Under the pieces are notes generated by a model. It saw only the letters and a list, made by a program, of their open reading frames with translations, did not search any database and was not told where the DNA came from. The translations under genes were made by a program, and so were the position numbers. From Ranitomeya imitator (taxonomy: Eukaryota): a stretch of DNA of 64,000 bases. Shown piece by piece: positions 1-13,580 of this stretch. The stretch covers positions 224,130,001 to 224,194,000 of the forward strand of contig NC_091288.1 in NCBI RefSeq assembly GCF_032444005.1. The letters run 5' to 3'. Numbering within the stretch: the stretch's first letter is position 1; each line of letters opens with the position of its first letter.

Positions 1-2922
1 CAGATCTGGAGGAGAACCTCCACTACCTAGACAGCCTCCACATCCAGAGGAGAACCTCCACCACCTAGACAGCCTCCACATCCAGAGGAGAACCTCCACC
101 ACCTAGACAGCCTCCACATCCATAGGAGAACCTCCATCATCTAGACAGCCTCCACATCCAGAGGAGATCCTCCACCACCTAGACAGCCTCCACATTCGTA
201 GGGGAACCTCCACCATCTAGACAGCCTCCACATTCGGAGGAGAACCTCCACCACCTAGACAGCCTCCACATCCAAAGGAGAACCTCCACCATCTAGACAG
301 CCTCCACATCCAGAGGAGATCCTCCACCACCTAGACAGCCTCCACATCTGGGGAAGAACCTCCACCACCTAGACAGCTTCCACATTCAGAGGAGAACCTC
401 CACCACCTAGACAGCCTCCACATCTGGAGGAGAACCTCAACCACCTAGACACACTCCACATCTGGAGGAGAACCTCCACCACCTTGACACACTCCAGATC
501 TGGAGGAGAACCTCCACTACCTAGACAGCCTCCACATCTGGGGAAGAACCTCCACCACCTAGACAGCCTCCACATCCAGAGGAGAACCTCCACCACCTAG
601 ACAGCCTCCACATCCATAGGAGAACCTCCATCATCTAGACAGCCTCCACATCCAGAGGAGATCCTCCACCACCTAGACAGCCTCCACATCCGTAGGGGAA
701 CCTCCACCATCTAGACAGCCTCCACATTCGGAGGAGAACCTCCACCACCTAGACAGCCTCCACATCCAAAGGAGAACCTCCACCATCTAGACAGCCTCCA
801 CATCCAGAGGAGAACCTCCACCACCTAGACAGCCTCCACATCTGGGGAAGAACCTCCACCACCTAGACAGCCTCCACATCTGGAGGAGAACCTCAACCAC
901 CTAGACACACTCCACATCTGGAGGAGAACCTCCACCGCCTAGACAGCCTCCACATATGGGGAAGAACCTCCACCACCTGGACAGCCTCCGCATCTGGAGG
1001 AGAACCTCCACCACCTTGACACACTCCAGATCTGGAGGAGAACCTCCACTACCTAGACAGCCTCCACATCCAGAGGAGAACCTCCACCACCTAGACAGCC
1101 TCCACATCCATAGGAGAACCTCCATCATCTAGACAGCCTCCACATCCAGAGGAGATCCTCCACCACCTAGACAGCCTCCACATCCGTAGGGGAACCTCCA
1201 CCATCTAGACAGCCTCCACATTCGGAGGAGAACCTCCACCACCTAGACAGCCTCCACATCCAAAGGAGAACCTCCACCATCTAGACAGCCTCCACATCCA
1301 GAGGAGATCCTCCACCACCTAGACAGCCTCCACATCTGGGGAAGAACCTCCACCACCTAGACAGCTTCCACATTCAGAGGAGAACCTCCACCACCTAGAC
1401 AGCCTCCACATCTGGAGGAAAACCTCCACCACCTAGACAGCCTCCACATCCGGAGAACCTCCACCACCTAGACAGCCTCCACATCCGGAGGAGAACCTCC
1501 ACCACCTAGACAGCCTCCACATCCGGAGGAAAACCTCCACCACCTAGACAGCCTCCACATCCGGAGGAGAACCTCCACCACCTAGACAGCCTCCACATCC
1601 AGAGGAGAACCTCCACCACCTAGACAGCCTCCACATCTGGGGAAGAACCTCCACCACCTAGACAGCCTCCACATCCGGAGGAAAACCTCCACCACCTAGA
1701 CAGCCTCCACATCCGGAGGAGAACCTCCACCACCTAGACAGCCTCCACATCCGGAGGAGAACCTCCACCACCTAGACAGCCTCCACATCCAGAGAAGAAC
1801 CTCCACCACCTAGACAACCTCCACATCCATAGGAGAACCTCCACCATCTAGACAGCCTCCACATCCAAAGGAGATCCTCCACCACCTAGACAGCCTCCAC
1901 ATCCGGAGGAGAACCTCCACCAGCTAGACAGCCTCCACATCTGGAGGAAAACCTCCACCACCTAGACAGCCTCCACAACCAGAGGAGAACCTCTACCACC
2001 TAGACAGCCTCCATATCCGTATGAGAACCTCCACCATCTAGACAGCCTCCACATCCAGAGGAGAACCTCCACCCCCTAGACAGCCTCCACATCTGGAGGA
2101 GAACCTCCACCAGCTAGACAGCCTCCACATCTGGAGGAAAACCTCAACCACCTAGACACACTCCACATCTGGAGGAGAACCTCCACCGCCTAGACAGCCT
2201 CCACATATGGGGAAGAACCTCCACCACCTAGACAGCCTCCACATCTGGAGGAGAACCTCCACCACCTTGACACACTCCAGATCTGGAGGAGAACCTCCAC
2301 TACCTAGACAGCCTCCACATCCAGAGGAGAACCTCCACCACCTAGACAGCCTCCACATCTGGGGAAGAACCTCCACCACCTAGACAGCTTCCACATCCAG
2401 AGGAGAACCTCCACCACCTAGACAGCCTCCACATCTGGTGGAAAACCTCCACCACCTAGACAGCCTCCACATCCGGATGAGAACCTCCACCACCTAGACT
2501 GCCTCCAGATCCGGAGGAGAACCTCCACCACCTAGACAGCCTCCACATCCAGAGGAAAACCTCCACCACCTAGACAGCCTCCACATCTGGAGGAGAACCT
2601 CCACCACCTAGACAGCCTCCACATCTGGAGGAGAACCTCCACCACCTAGACAGCCTCCACATCCGGAGGAGAATCTCCACCACCTAGACAGCCTCCCCAT
2701 CTGGGGAAAAACCTCCACCACCTAGACAGCCTCCACATCTGGGGAAGAACCTCCACCACCTAGACAGCCTCCACATCCAGAGGAGAACCTCCACCACCTA
2801 GACACACTCCACATCTGGAGGAGAACCTCCACCACCTAGACAGCCTCCACATCTGGGGAAGAACCTCCACCACCTGGACAGCCTCTACATCTGAAGGAGA
2901 ACCTCCACCACCTAGACAGCCT
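1..2922. repeat. 38-bp minisatellite array (CCTCCACCACCTAGACAGCCTCCACATCCAGAGGAGAA), about 77 units, open at the window start; about 1.5 further units at 3441-3498
   Basis: Unit counted directly; variant units recur in blocks. Confidence 0.97.
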
Positions 2923-3440
2923 CATACAATTTTCCAGTTTTTGATGGGTCCTATATAATGCTCCAGTATATGATGGTCCGTATATAGGATGTTCCAGTAT
3001 ATAATGGGCCTCATATCATGCTCCAATAAGTTGTGGGTCCCATATAATGCTCCATTATATAATGGGCCCCATATAATGCTCCAGCGTATGCTGGGTCCCA
3101 TATATTGCTTCAAATATTAAAAATACCAAAAAATGAAATACTCCCCTCTCCTCACTGGCCACTGCTCTGCTCCAGACTCATCAGTGTTGCCGTCTTCCGG
3201 CTCTCTGCACTGGGACTGTTCTAAGCAGAGAGCACAAACTAGTGACGTCATTGTGCCCTCTGACCTGAAATGTCAAAGAGTCAGGAGATGCGAAAGATGC
3301 TGCAGCGGAGGAACGGGGAGAGGTAAGCTGAGCAGGCACTTTGCACTGGGCCCCCATAGCACCGGTGTCCCCGATGGCGAGTGGGCCCCCAGCCCTCTCA
3401 GGGCTCCAGCACTTACTCAGGTGCTGACGCTCGCCCTGAC
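2923..3440. mobile_element. Truncated non-autonomous DNA-transposon-like fragment interrupting the 38-bp array; includes degenerate ~29-bp repeats at 2935-3110
   Basis: The 38-bp array stops at 2922 and resumes at 3441. The insert ends in GCCCTG (hAT-like terminus). No matching left terminus or TSD seen. Confidence 0.4.
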
Positions 3441-4289
3441 TTCCACCACCTAGACAGCCTCTACATCTGGAGATGAACCTCCTCCACGCCCTAGACAGAG
3501 ACCAAGATGGACCGGAGAGTGGACTTTATACCCTGCAGCATCATTTGGACCTCGCTGTTGTTTGTCTAATCCTTTTATTTCAGCCTCCTAATTAGAGATG
3601 AGTGAACCTTTCAAAGTTCAATTCGGTTTGATTCGCAGAACGTTTAGACGTTTGCTGAACGGTTTGACGAATGTACCCGAACCCCATGAGATTCACTGGG
3701 AGGGCAAATCAAACATATACACAACACCTTAAGGGGTGATTAAAAGCTTCACATAAAGGCTAAAATTAGGGGTTGACAAAAAGAAAGTGGCATCAACTGA
3801 CCCACAGTAGAAATTTGCAAATGTCACGGCAGCAGTCAGCCTTGAGCCATGCATGAGGTATCAGGGTATTTACCGCTTGGAATTGACGTTTGAAATAAGA
3901 TGTGGTGGCTAATTGGAGCGATGTAAGCCTTCTTATCTAAGAGCTCTGATACTTCCTGCAACACCTCCAGTTTTTTTTATTAAATCCACACTCAGATGGC
4001 TCAAACATCAGTTTCATACAGTACTATTGGTAGAAAAATGTAAGGACAGTAACACAGGTAGTGTTCCCTGCCTGTCTGGAAGATCTACTTACACAGGCAA
4101 CCCACCAGGTTGAGACCCAACTTGGAGTCTCCACATTTCAAAAAATTGTTTGCGACGTCAGCAGCAGTAACAACAACAGGCACAGATGACACCACAGAAG
4201 ATGGCCGGTGACCATTTCATGCAGCCTTTCTCTATCTCCACCCCCTGAAGATGGCCGGACCCTCATTGTGAATACATCATTGTAAATAA

Positions 4290-4371
4290 GCACCTGTACT
4301 TTGCATCTCCCCCACCTCATTGTAGACTGTAAGCTCTCACGAGCAGGGGCGGCTTATCTTTGCTTTAATTA
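4290..4371 (+). mobile_element. L2-like LINE 3' end fragment
   Basis: TTGTAGACTGTAAGCTCTCACGAGCAGGG resembles the typical L2 3' terminus; recognised by pattern only. Confidence 0.4.
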
Positions 4372-5114
4372 TGTTATGCTCCCGCTCACCTCGCCGCTTG
4401 TAACCTGTGATACTCACCGCTCTGCGGCGTCTCGGTGCGTTCCTGCTCGTCCCCGGGCTTCTCCTCTCGCACGGCCGGCTCCTCCTTCTTCTCGGGCGCA
4501 CGCGCGCACTGGGTTCTGCGGCTCGCGCGCACTTGTGCCTCGCTGATCCCGGCCGCTCTTGCTTCACCGCTCTGTGCTCCAGGAGGACCCTGAACCGGAA
4601 GGTATGTCACCGCCTTCTTTATCTGCCTGCCTCTTCCTCCCAGCGGTGCCTGTTGATCATTTGCATACTACATGTGATTCTGGCCCCACGTCCTTCGGAC
4701 ATTCCGTCCTGCAGTCAGCTCCTGTCCCTTACTACCCTTAGTGTTCCTCCTTCTCTGGTTTCCCTTACCTGATCTCTCTCCTTTGTTTTCCTCCACAGTT
4801 CCGCTCTTCCAGTGTCTCCGAGTCCTCGCTGCCTAGCCTTTGTCTCCCCAGCCGTCCGTCAGCTGTCCGTCAGTTTTCATTTCCCGTCCTTGTGTCCCAT
4901 TCTCCTTTGTTCCCATTTCTTCCTACATCCCTGCTCTGTCCGTTTTTTCCTGTACTCCAGCCTTATCACCCCTTTCCCTGTCATCCTCTTTAGGTACCAG
5001 CTGCCGCGGCAGTAGTCTCCCTTGGGCCTGCCCCAAACGCTCCCTGTATAGGGGGTGGGTCTCTGGGTCTACTCGCTCTGGGAAGGTTCGCTGTCGCGGT
5101 CCAGCAGGTTCACC
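4372..5114. mobile_element. LTR-like element fragment
   Basis: GC-rich block with TGTAACCTG at 4399 and an imperfect inverted CAGGTTCACC near 5105-5114; no TSD found. Confidence 0.35.
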
Positions 5115-5228
5115 TTAGGAGATCTACTTGCATTCTCACAAATTATTGGATTATCTTTAGCTTTGCTACTTATGACTGTTGTGTATGAATTGTTGAACTG
5201 TAAAGTGCTGCAGAATATGTTGGCGTAT

Positions 5229-5237
5229 ATAAAAAAA

Positions 5238-5269
<32 letters not shown>
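5229..5269. repeat. (ATT)n microsatellite
   Basis: Direct reading. Confidence 0.95.
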
Positions 5270-5270
<1 letters not shown>

Positions 5271-5362
5271 ACAAAGTGGCAACTAAGAATATAAAGTGGT
5301 AGAACGCTTTCTAATACACCTTACAAAGAACAAAGATTCTCATATATTCCCAAAGTCTAACC

Positions 5363-5545
5363 CAGTATTTCCCAAACTCCAGTCCTCACGGACCCCACGG
5401 GTCATGTTTTCAGGATTTCCATAGTATTGCACAGGTGAGACAATTCCTGATGCCTTGATGATACTTCTGCTACTTGTGCAATACTAAGGAAATCCTGGAA
5501 ACATGACCCGTGGGGTCTGTGAGGACGGGAGTTTGGGAAACACTG
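5363..5545. mobile_element. hAT-superfamily palindromic MITE, 183 bp
   Basis: Starts CAGTATTTCCCAAACTCC and ends GGGAGTTTGGGAAACACTG; nearly the whole element is an inverted repeat. Perfect 8-bp TSD GTCTAACC at 5355-5362 and 5546-5553. Confidence 0.9.
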
Positions 5546-5753
5546 GTCTAACCAATCTCTTCCCAAAAAAACCCCAAATGCCTGAACTTATCTCCTGACC
5601 TGGGAGATGTACAGAAATCATCAACACATTTTCTTAATTGTTCACTGATGATTGTTAAAGAAGATAATTCTTACTCCGTAACTAAACTGCGAGCATGGGG
5701 CCCTTGAGAAACCATTTCTAGGATGTCTGTATGTACCGTTACTGCTACTGAAA

Positions 5754-7709
5754 TACAGCGCCCCAGAGTCCTGGTCGGTGCAGTAATGTTATTCTTCCAC
5801 CAGGGGGAGTGATGTTACGTCTGAAGGCAATGAAGGAGATCTTCTGTCCAGGTATCACAGCCACAATACACACTTCACACTCCAGTCCGCCAGGGGGAGC
5901 CATGCTTCTATCTACTAGGCCACTCCTCACACTTAAGGTACCGTCACACTGAGCGACGCTGCAGCGATACCGACAACGATGTCGATCGCTGCAGCATCGC
6001 TGTTTGGTCGCTGGAGAGCTGTCACACAGACAGCTCTCCAGCGACCAACGATCCCGAAGTCCCCGGGTAACCAGGGTAAACATCGGGTTACTAAGCGCAG
6101 GGCCGCACTTAGTAACCCGATGTTTACCCTGGTTACCAGCATAAAAGTAAAAAAAAAAAAACAGTACATACTTACCTACCGCTGTCTGTCCCCGGCGCTC
6201 TGCTTCTCTGCACTCCTCCTGTACTGGCTGTGAGCACAGCGGCCGGAAAGCAGAGCGGTGACGTCACCGCTCTGCTTTCCGGCTGGCCGGCGCTCACAGT
6301 CAGTGCAGGAAGCAGAGCGCCGGGGACAGACGGCTGTAGGAAAGTATGTAGTGTTTGTTTTTGTTACTTTTACGATGGTAACCAGGGTAAACATCGGGTT
6401 ACTAAGCACGGCCCTGCGCTTAGTAACCCGATGTTTACCCTGGTTACCAGTGAAGACATCGCTGGATCGGCGTCACACACGCCGATCCAGAGATGTCAGC
6501 GAGAGATCCAGCGACGAAACAAAGTTCTGGACTTTCTTCAGCAACCAACGATCTCCCAGCAGGATCCTGATCGTTGGTCGCTGTCACACATAACGATTTC
6601 CTTAACGATATCGTTGCTACGTCACAAAAAGCAACGATATCGTTATGTGTGACGGTACCTTTAGGTAAAACTGGTGGGTTGGTTAGGAAGAGAGACAGAA
6701 GCTGACTGGAGGGAGTAGGAGATAGTCAGCGAGTCCCGACCGAGTTTGGCAGAGGCTGGTTGGAGTGGGTTCCAGCCAGCTCCAGACTGCGGCCTGTGGA
6801 AGACGAGGGTACACGGAGCTGTGCCTGCATCCCATGCGGCAGCATCCTAAGAAAGGGCACGAAAGGAATTGTGTCCTAGTGAGTGAGCAACAAAGTCATA
6901 GCAACAGGAGATGAACATCAGGGGGAGACTAGCTAGAAGCAGGCTGCCTCCTTCTGAAGCGCAGTACCGGTAGCCAGAACACCGAGGGAGTAAGGATCTC
7001 TATGCTTTACTTCAGAGACTGGCAGGACAGTTGATTTCACGTTAGCTGCCCAACCATATAAACAGTAGGCAGGGTGGCAACTTGTTGGGGCCGGGGCGTC
7101 TCTAGGGTCCCTATAAAAAGCCTCAGGCCTCCAGTCATACGGGTTTGTCCTATCCGTCAGGGGGACAGAGAGAAGATACTTAACATCTACAATAGTTGTG
7201 AGGACCTTACCGAGTTGCTCAGCAGGGAGGGACTACAATGCCCAGGCGCTAGAGGAAGGCTATTGAATTCCACCTGAATAAGGAGACTCTGGATTTGCCT
7301 TCAGACCGGCCGGACTCTGCCTACCCTGTGGTCCCTACCCTGGACTGTGGATGCTGAAGCCTTCAGTAAAGGTAAAGAGACTGCAACCTTGTGTCCTCGT
7401 TATTCACTGCGCCTTACATCATCCACCATCCACCATCTACACTCTGGGAAGCCCTGGGGACACATGTCACCTGTGGGAAGGTATACCATCTAGCTGCCAT
7501 AACATCACCCCAGCGGACCCTAAGCAGCATTGGTCACCCTGACCGAATACCACAGGTGGCGTCATGAACATTATCCCTTTAAAGACCTTTCCCCCACAAC
7601 TTCAACGGACCTCCCGAGGGCCACGGACCGGGTCCGCCACCGTGACATCCCCCACTGAGAACCAAAGGGGCCCGTCTCCGAGTACCCTACAGCCCTTGGG
7701 GCCGCTCCA
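5754..7709. mobile_element. Solo LTR (Gypsy-like, about 1.23 kb after removing the nested MITE)
   Basis: Termini TACAGCGCCCC...GGGGCCGCTCCA (degenerate TG..CA with short IR); 4-bp TSD GAAA at 5750-5753 and 7710-7713. Confidence 0.7.
5936..6660. mobile_element. PIF/Harbinger-like MITE nested in the solo LTR
   Basis: TIR AGGTACCGTCACAC...GTGTGACGGTACCT with TTA on both sides (5933-5935, 6661-6663); internal inverted and direct repeats. Exact end ambiguous by 1 nt. Confidence 0.8.
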
Positions 7710-8666
7710 GAAACACGTCATCAAACAGCTTGACTCAACTGCAGGAGGCATGTATGAAGATTCCAGAAGAAGATTTATTTTCCAGCTGAATTCTTGTAGT
7801 TATGCACAAATAAATTAGGTAAAAAAGGCTTTTATGAACCAGAGATGCAAGCACATGAGCTTCTAGGATGGCTGCAAGCAGTGAATAAGTAAGAAAAATG
7901 AAGAAGAAGAAGCGAGGAATTACTCTCATCAGAGTTACATCAGAGCTAGAGGGACAGACAGGGAGAGAGGAAGGACAAACCTCTAAAGAGCTGGGAACCT
8001 TACTGCATAGCAGTGAAACAGCACAATGATATGACAATGGGGGGGTATACTTAAAACACAAGTACAATAGTCTTAAACAATACAAGTCACTGACTGCTAC
8101 TGGTGGAGGACCCTGCCCGCGAGAGCTCATACTCTACAAGGGATGGGTGAGGATACAGTAGGTGAGCATGCAAATTCAGTCTTCTCCTGATGGAGTGTTT
8201 GTATAGTTCGGCAGATTCATTACATAGAAGTTATCATTTCCTTTGCAAATCACAGTTGTTGGCTTCCATGAGTCGGGTCTCACCGTCCATCCCCAGAGCC
8301 GCCATATGATGCACCGCTATTAAATGTAAGTCTAGAACTGCACCGTTTGCATATTTCCTCAATCAAGTGAAGAAACTTGGGAGCTTATCTGCATCAAATC
8401 TTCAGATCTAAAGACAGCCGGGTAATGATGATAAAGATTAATCTATAGTGTCAAGGATACGCTGAATTCTGGAGACTTGAGCTTTAAGAACAGTTGATGC
8501 ATTAGGCAGTGACCTCTACTCTTCATGGTGGTCTTCTGAATAGATTATGCAGTGGGTTCCTGGCGAGGTGGTGGGACTTGTGTGCACATGCTGGGTGTAG
8601 GTATCATGGAGTTCTGATCCATTCTGCCTTTTCCAGACTATGTAAATATGAGATTTTGGCATGAAA

Positions 8667-10615
8667 TCTATAACGCTGGGAGCGTCACTCTGTCCGAAGC
8701 CTTTATAGACTGCGCAGGCGCAAGCGCCGGAGCAGTCTGGCCCCCACAGAGTGACGCTCCCAGGAGATCGCGGTATGCGTAAGCACTGAACGCACACCGC
8801 GATCTCCACCGGAGAGTCAGGGACCGTGGACGCGCCAGGAGGGAGAGTAAGTATATTCACCTGTCCTCCGTTCCAGCGCTGCGTGCTGCTCCGTCTCCCG
8901 GCTCCTCTGCTGTGACAGAGTCCAGTCACAGGCAGAGGAGCCGGAGTGTGTGTTCAAGAAAATGGCGCCGGAAAGCGCGGACTGCGCAGGCGCCGATTCC
9001 TGCTGCCGGAATCGGCGCCTGCGCAGTCCGCGCTTTCCGGCGCCATTTTCTTGAAGACACACCTGCAGTGGAGCCGGACGATAGGTGAGTATGGTATCTT
9101 TTTTTTATATATGGCAGCAGCATACGGGGGCATATAATACAATAGTGGCGCAGGATGGGAGCAGCACATGACAGAACGGGCGCAGGATGGCAGCAGCACA
9201 TGACAGAACGGGCGCAGGATGGCAGCAGCACATGACAGAACGGGCGCATGATGGCAGCAGCACATGACAGAACGGGCGCAGGATGGCAGCAGCACATGAC
9301 AGAACGGGCGCAGGATGGCAGCAGCACATGACAGAACGGGCGCAGGATGGCAGCAGCACATGACAGAACGGGCGCAGGATGGCAGCAGCACATGACAGAA
9401 CGGGCGCGGGATGGCAGCAGCGCATGACAGAACGGGCGCAGGATGGCAGCAGGATGGGAGCAGCACATGACAGAACGGGCGCAGGATGGCAGCAGCGCAT
9501 GACAGAACGGGGGCGCAGGATGGGAGCAGCACATGACAGAACGGGCGCAAGATGGGAGCAGCACATGACAGAACGGGCGCAGGATGGCAGCAGCGCATGA
9601 CAGAACGGGCGCAGGATGGCAGCAGCACATGACAGAACGGGCGCAGGATGGCAGCAGCACATGACAGAACGGGCGCAGGATGGGAGCAGCACATGACAGA
9701 ACGGGCGCAGGATGGCAGCAGCGCATGACATAACGGGCGCAGGATGGCAGCAGCACATGACAGAACGGGCGCAGGATGGCAGCAGCACATGACAGAACGG
9801 GCGCAGGATGGCAGCAGCACATGACAGAACGGGCGCAGGATGGCAGCAGCACATGACAGAACGGGCGCAGGATGGCAGCAGGGCATGACAGAACGGGGGC
9901 GCAGGATGGGAGCAGCACATGACAGAACGGGCGCAGGATGGCAGCAGCACATGACAGAACGGGCGCAGGATGGGAGCAGCACATGACAGAACGGGCGCAG
10001 GATGGCAGCAGCACATGACAGAACGGGCGCAGGATGGCAGCAGCACATGACAGAACGGGCGCAGGATGGCAGCAGCACATGACAGAACGGGCGCAGGATG
10101 GCAGCAGCACATGACAGAACGGGCGCAGGATGGCAGCAGCACATGACAGAACGGGCGCAGGATGGCAGCAGCGCATGACATAACGGGCGCAGGATGGCAG
10201 CAGGATGGGAGCAGCACATGACAGAATGGGCGCAGGATGGCAGCAGCGCATGACAACGGGGGCGCAGGATGGGAGCAGCACATGACAGAACGGGCGCAGG
10301 ATGGCAGCAGCGCATGACATAACGGGCGCAGGATGGCAGCAGGATGGGAGCAGCACATGACAGAACGGGCGCAGGATGGCAGCAGCGCATGACAGAACGG
10401 GGGCGCAGGATGGGAGCAGCACATGACAGAACGGGCGCAGGATGGCAGCAGCACATGACAGAACGGGCGCAGGATGGCAGCAGCACATGACAGAACGGGC
10501 GCAGGATGGCAGCAGCACATGACAGAACGGGCGCAGGATGGCAGCAGCACATGATGGAGACCATATACCAATATAAATGCTCGCCACCCGGGCGAAGAAC
10601 GGGTTCAATAGCTAG
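8667..10615 (+). mobile_element. Non-autonomous Helitron carrying a minisatellite
   Basis: 5' A|TCTATA at 8667. The 3' end has an ACCCG-loop-CGGGT hairpin (10586-10604) followed by CTAG|T at 10612-10615. Inserted between A and T with no TSD. Confidence 0.7.
9146..10552. repeat. 32-bp minisatellite (CGCAGGATGGCAGCAGCACATGACAGAACGGG), about 44 units, inside the Helitron
   Basis: Unit counted directly. Confidence 0.96.
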
Positions 10616-10944
10616 TAAAATATATACCTGGATGTAGGAAACCCCAGCTACAACCTCAGAGGCTCCCAAGGCTCAAACATTAGAGCTTCCCATTCATTAT
10701 CATGCTCTGATCATCAGTAACAGCTGAAGATGACTTCTACTTAAATAAGTACAGACAGCTGATATTAATATACCTGACCAGACAATGCAATAGCTCTTTA
10801 TGAGTGGTTTCCAAATCATTGCTGTTTTTTATTGTAATTTTGATGATTGATAACTGAGTAGAAAAGTAAGTTGATATCTCCATCACCACCAGAATCAAGG
10901 CACCGGATAAAGGGCACACATTCGATGAGTTGCAATTGTTGGTC

Positions 10945-12220
10945 TGAGATCCCAGGTCTGATCAAACAAATTCAAATTGCATATATTCCTCTGAGATCTC
11001 AGGTCTGGTCACACAAGTCTGAGATGTATTAATTCATCAGGAGAACCCAAGTCTGTTCACCCAAATCTAAGATATATTCACTCATGAGGAGGACCCAGGT
11101 CTGGTCACACAAGTCTGAGCTGCATTAATTCATCAGGAGCTCCCAAATCTGGTCACACAAGTCTGAGATGCATTCACTCATGAGGAGGACTGTTATGAAC
11201 TGGTGATTCAGAACCACAATGGACCTGGTGGCTAAGAGCACACAAAGTGACCTGATAGTTACTAATAACATAGGACGAGCTCTGAGACATGGGAACTCTG
11301 CTGACCGCAATCCATAATCCTATCCAACCACACTAGAGGTAGCCGTGGAGCGCTCCTGACCAGACCTAGGCGCCTCGGGCACAGCCTGAGAAACTAGCTA
11401 GCCCTGAAGATAGAAAAATAAGCCTACCTTGCCTCAGAGAAATTCCCCAAAGGAAAAGGCAGCCCCCCACATATAATGACTGTGAGTAAAGATGAAAATA
11501 CAGAGATTAAATAGATTTTAGCAAAGTGAGGCCCGACTTACTGAATAGATCGAGGATAGGAAAGATAACTTTGCGGTCAGCACAAAAACCTACAAACAAC
11601 CACGCAGAGGGGGCAAAAAGACCCTGCGCACCGACTAACGGTACGGAGGTGCTCCCTCTGCATCCCAGAGCTTCCAGCAAGCAAGACAAACCAATATAGC
11701 AAGCTGGACAGAAAAAATAGCAAACAAAAGTAACACAAGCAGAACTTAGCTTATGCAGGCCACAAGACGATCCAGGAGAGAGCAAGACCAATACTGGAAC
11801 ATTGACTGGAGGCCAGGAACAAAGAACTAGGTGGAGTTAAATAGAGCAGCACCTAACGACAACCTCATCACCTGAGGAAGGAAACTCAGAAGCCGCAGCC
11901 CCACTCACATCCACCAGAGGAAGCTCATAGACAGAACCAGCCGAAGTACCACTCATGACCACAGGAGGGAGCTCGACCACAGAATTCACAACAGAGGACC
12001 CAGGTCTGGTCACACAAGTCTGAGATGAATTAATTCATGACGAGGTCCCAGGTCCGGTCACCCAATTCTGAGATGCATTAATTCATCAGGAGGTACCAAG
12101 TTTGGTCACCCAAGTATCAGATATATTCACTCATGAGGAGGATCCATGTCTAGTCACAGGAGTTTGAGATGCATTAGTTCAACAGGAGGTCCAAGGTCCA
12201 GTTACAGAAGTCCATCAGGA
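10945..12220. repeat. Degenerate ~48-bp tandem repeat (CCCAGGTCTGGTCACACAAGTCTGAGATGCATTAATTCATCAGGAGGA), split by a solo LTR
   Basis: Several diverged units either side of 11191-11993. Confidence 0.75.
11191..11993. mobile_element. Solo LTR, 803 bp
   Basis: TGTTATGAA...TTCACAACA terminal IR. 6-bp TSD GAGGAC at 11185-11190 and 11994-11999; removing the LTR restores the host repeat unit. Confidence 0.88.
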
Positions 12221-13580
12221 GAAGTTTTAAGGATGAGCTTAGTTGGCATTCACCACTTCTTGTTCCATGCTTAATCACAGTCTTGGCTAAATTTCTTATT
12301 GCCAGTTGATAGAGATGGATGTAAAGTTTGAAGTTAGCCTCTGATTGTTCTTCTCCACTTTTATTTTTCTTTTCCATCTTCTCTATCATTTTGTCACTCT
12401 CATTTCTTCAGATTTTCCCTCTTCTCTTCGTTCTTCTGCCTACTTCATGTTTGGGTTGTGCTTCTCGATGTTTTTCTCATTCCTCGCCTGCTTTGCCTCT
12501 TTTTTCGGATTTGTGTTCTTCTTTTCCTAATTTTTCTGATTCTTCATTGTATCATTCTTCTACCAATTATATTACTATTCTCCACCATCTTTCACATTGT
12601 TTTCCTCATTGTTCTGGCATTTCTTATTGTCCTCGTTTTTATTTTTTCCCATTCTTCATCTCTTTCTTTTCATTTTTCTACTCATTTTTCCTTTTCTTTT
12701 TCTTCCATTTCTTCTCAACTTTCTCCATCTTTTCTTCATTTTTCTGACTCTTCTTCCTTTTTTCAGTCCTTTGCTCATTCTTCTCCATTTCCCCGATTCT
12801 GCTCCTTTCTTTCTTCTTCTGGATGTAGGGATGGTTCTACCGTAGGAGACTTCATTGCTATCACTGGTAGCACTAGATCCTGGTGGCTGATCTGCATGGT
12901 ACTACAGCCAGGATCTATATACTAGGGTATATGACATATGTTAATGTATATATTTTATTACAAGGCCACATGCCAATAGAAGAATCAAAAATATGAAGAA
13001 TGAGTTGGGGTCATCTCCATTAGCCCATCTCCACCTGGTGACGTCCTTCTAAATAAACCAAGTCTAGGCTATTTCTCTAATAACCTCACAATATTTATCT
13101 CAATAAAAGCTGACAACATGTTTCAATGTTGATCTAACATCTTCTTTAGGTTCCTGAAGAAAAAGAAGTAACTGGAGAAGAGGTCAAACCGACCAAGATA
13201 CATGCTGTACCTTTTTATTAATGTTCCTGGAGAAGGGGCCTGGACTCGATCTCCTTTGGAGTGACAACCTCCATTGATATCCCCACTTGTCTCTTGGTAC
13301 TTTCTGTTTTTGTCCTCATCCCTCTGACAGAATCTCGTGGGTTGGAGCGTCAGTCACGTTTATCGTCCATGCCAACCTTGATTAATGCAACCACCATTTG
13401 TCAACATAACCATTGCTACCCTAATCCTACCTTATCAAGCAGAGGTGCAATAAAACCAATATGGAACTCTTCTCAGATCCTTCACATTGCAGAAAAAAGG
13501 AAAAAATATTTGAGCTTCTGGTAAAATTTCCAAACTAATCTTTATTTTATCAAAAAGAATTGCAAAAATATGGTGGACAG

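Noticed and set aside
1-2922. CTCF motif in the 38-bp unit (GTCTAGGTGGTG on the - strand)
   Set aside because: Four mismatches including the core C; too weak.
7735-8130. Possible minus-strand TAS2R pseudogene (EAHVLAS...LFYLIYL resembles TM6)
   Set aside because: No TM1-TM3 motifs, no SLxRH, wrong spacing; the sequence looks like non-coding repeat DNA.
8926-10669. Cys/His-rich minus-strand ORFs in three frames
   Set aside because: Translations of the 32-bp minisatellite, not metallothionein or keratin-associated genes.
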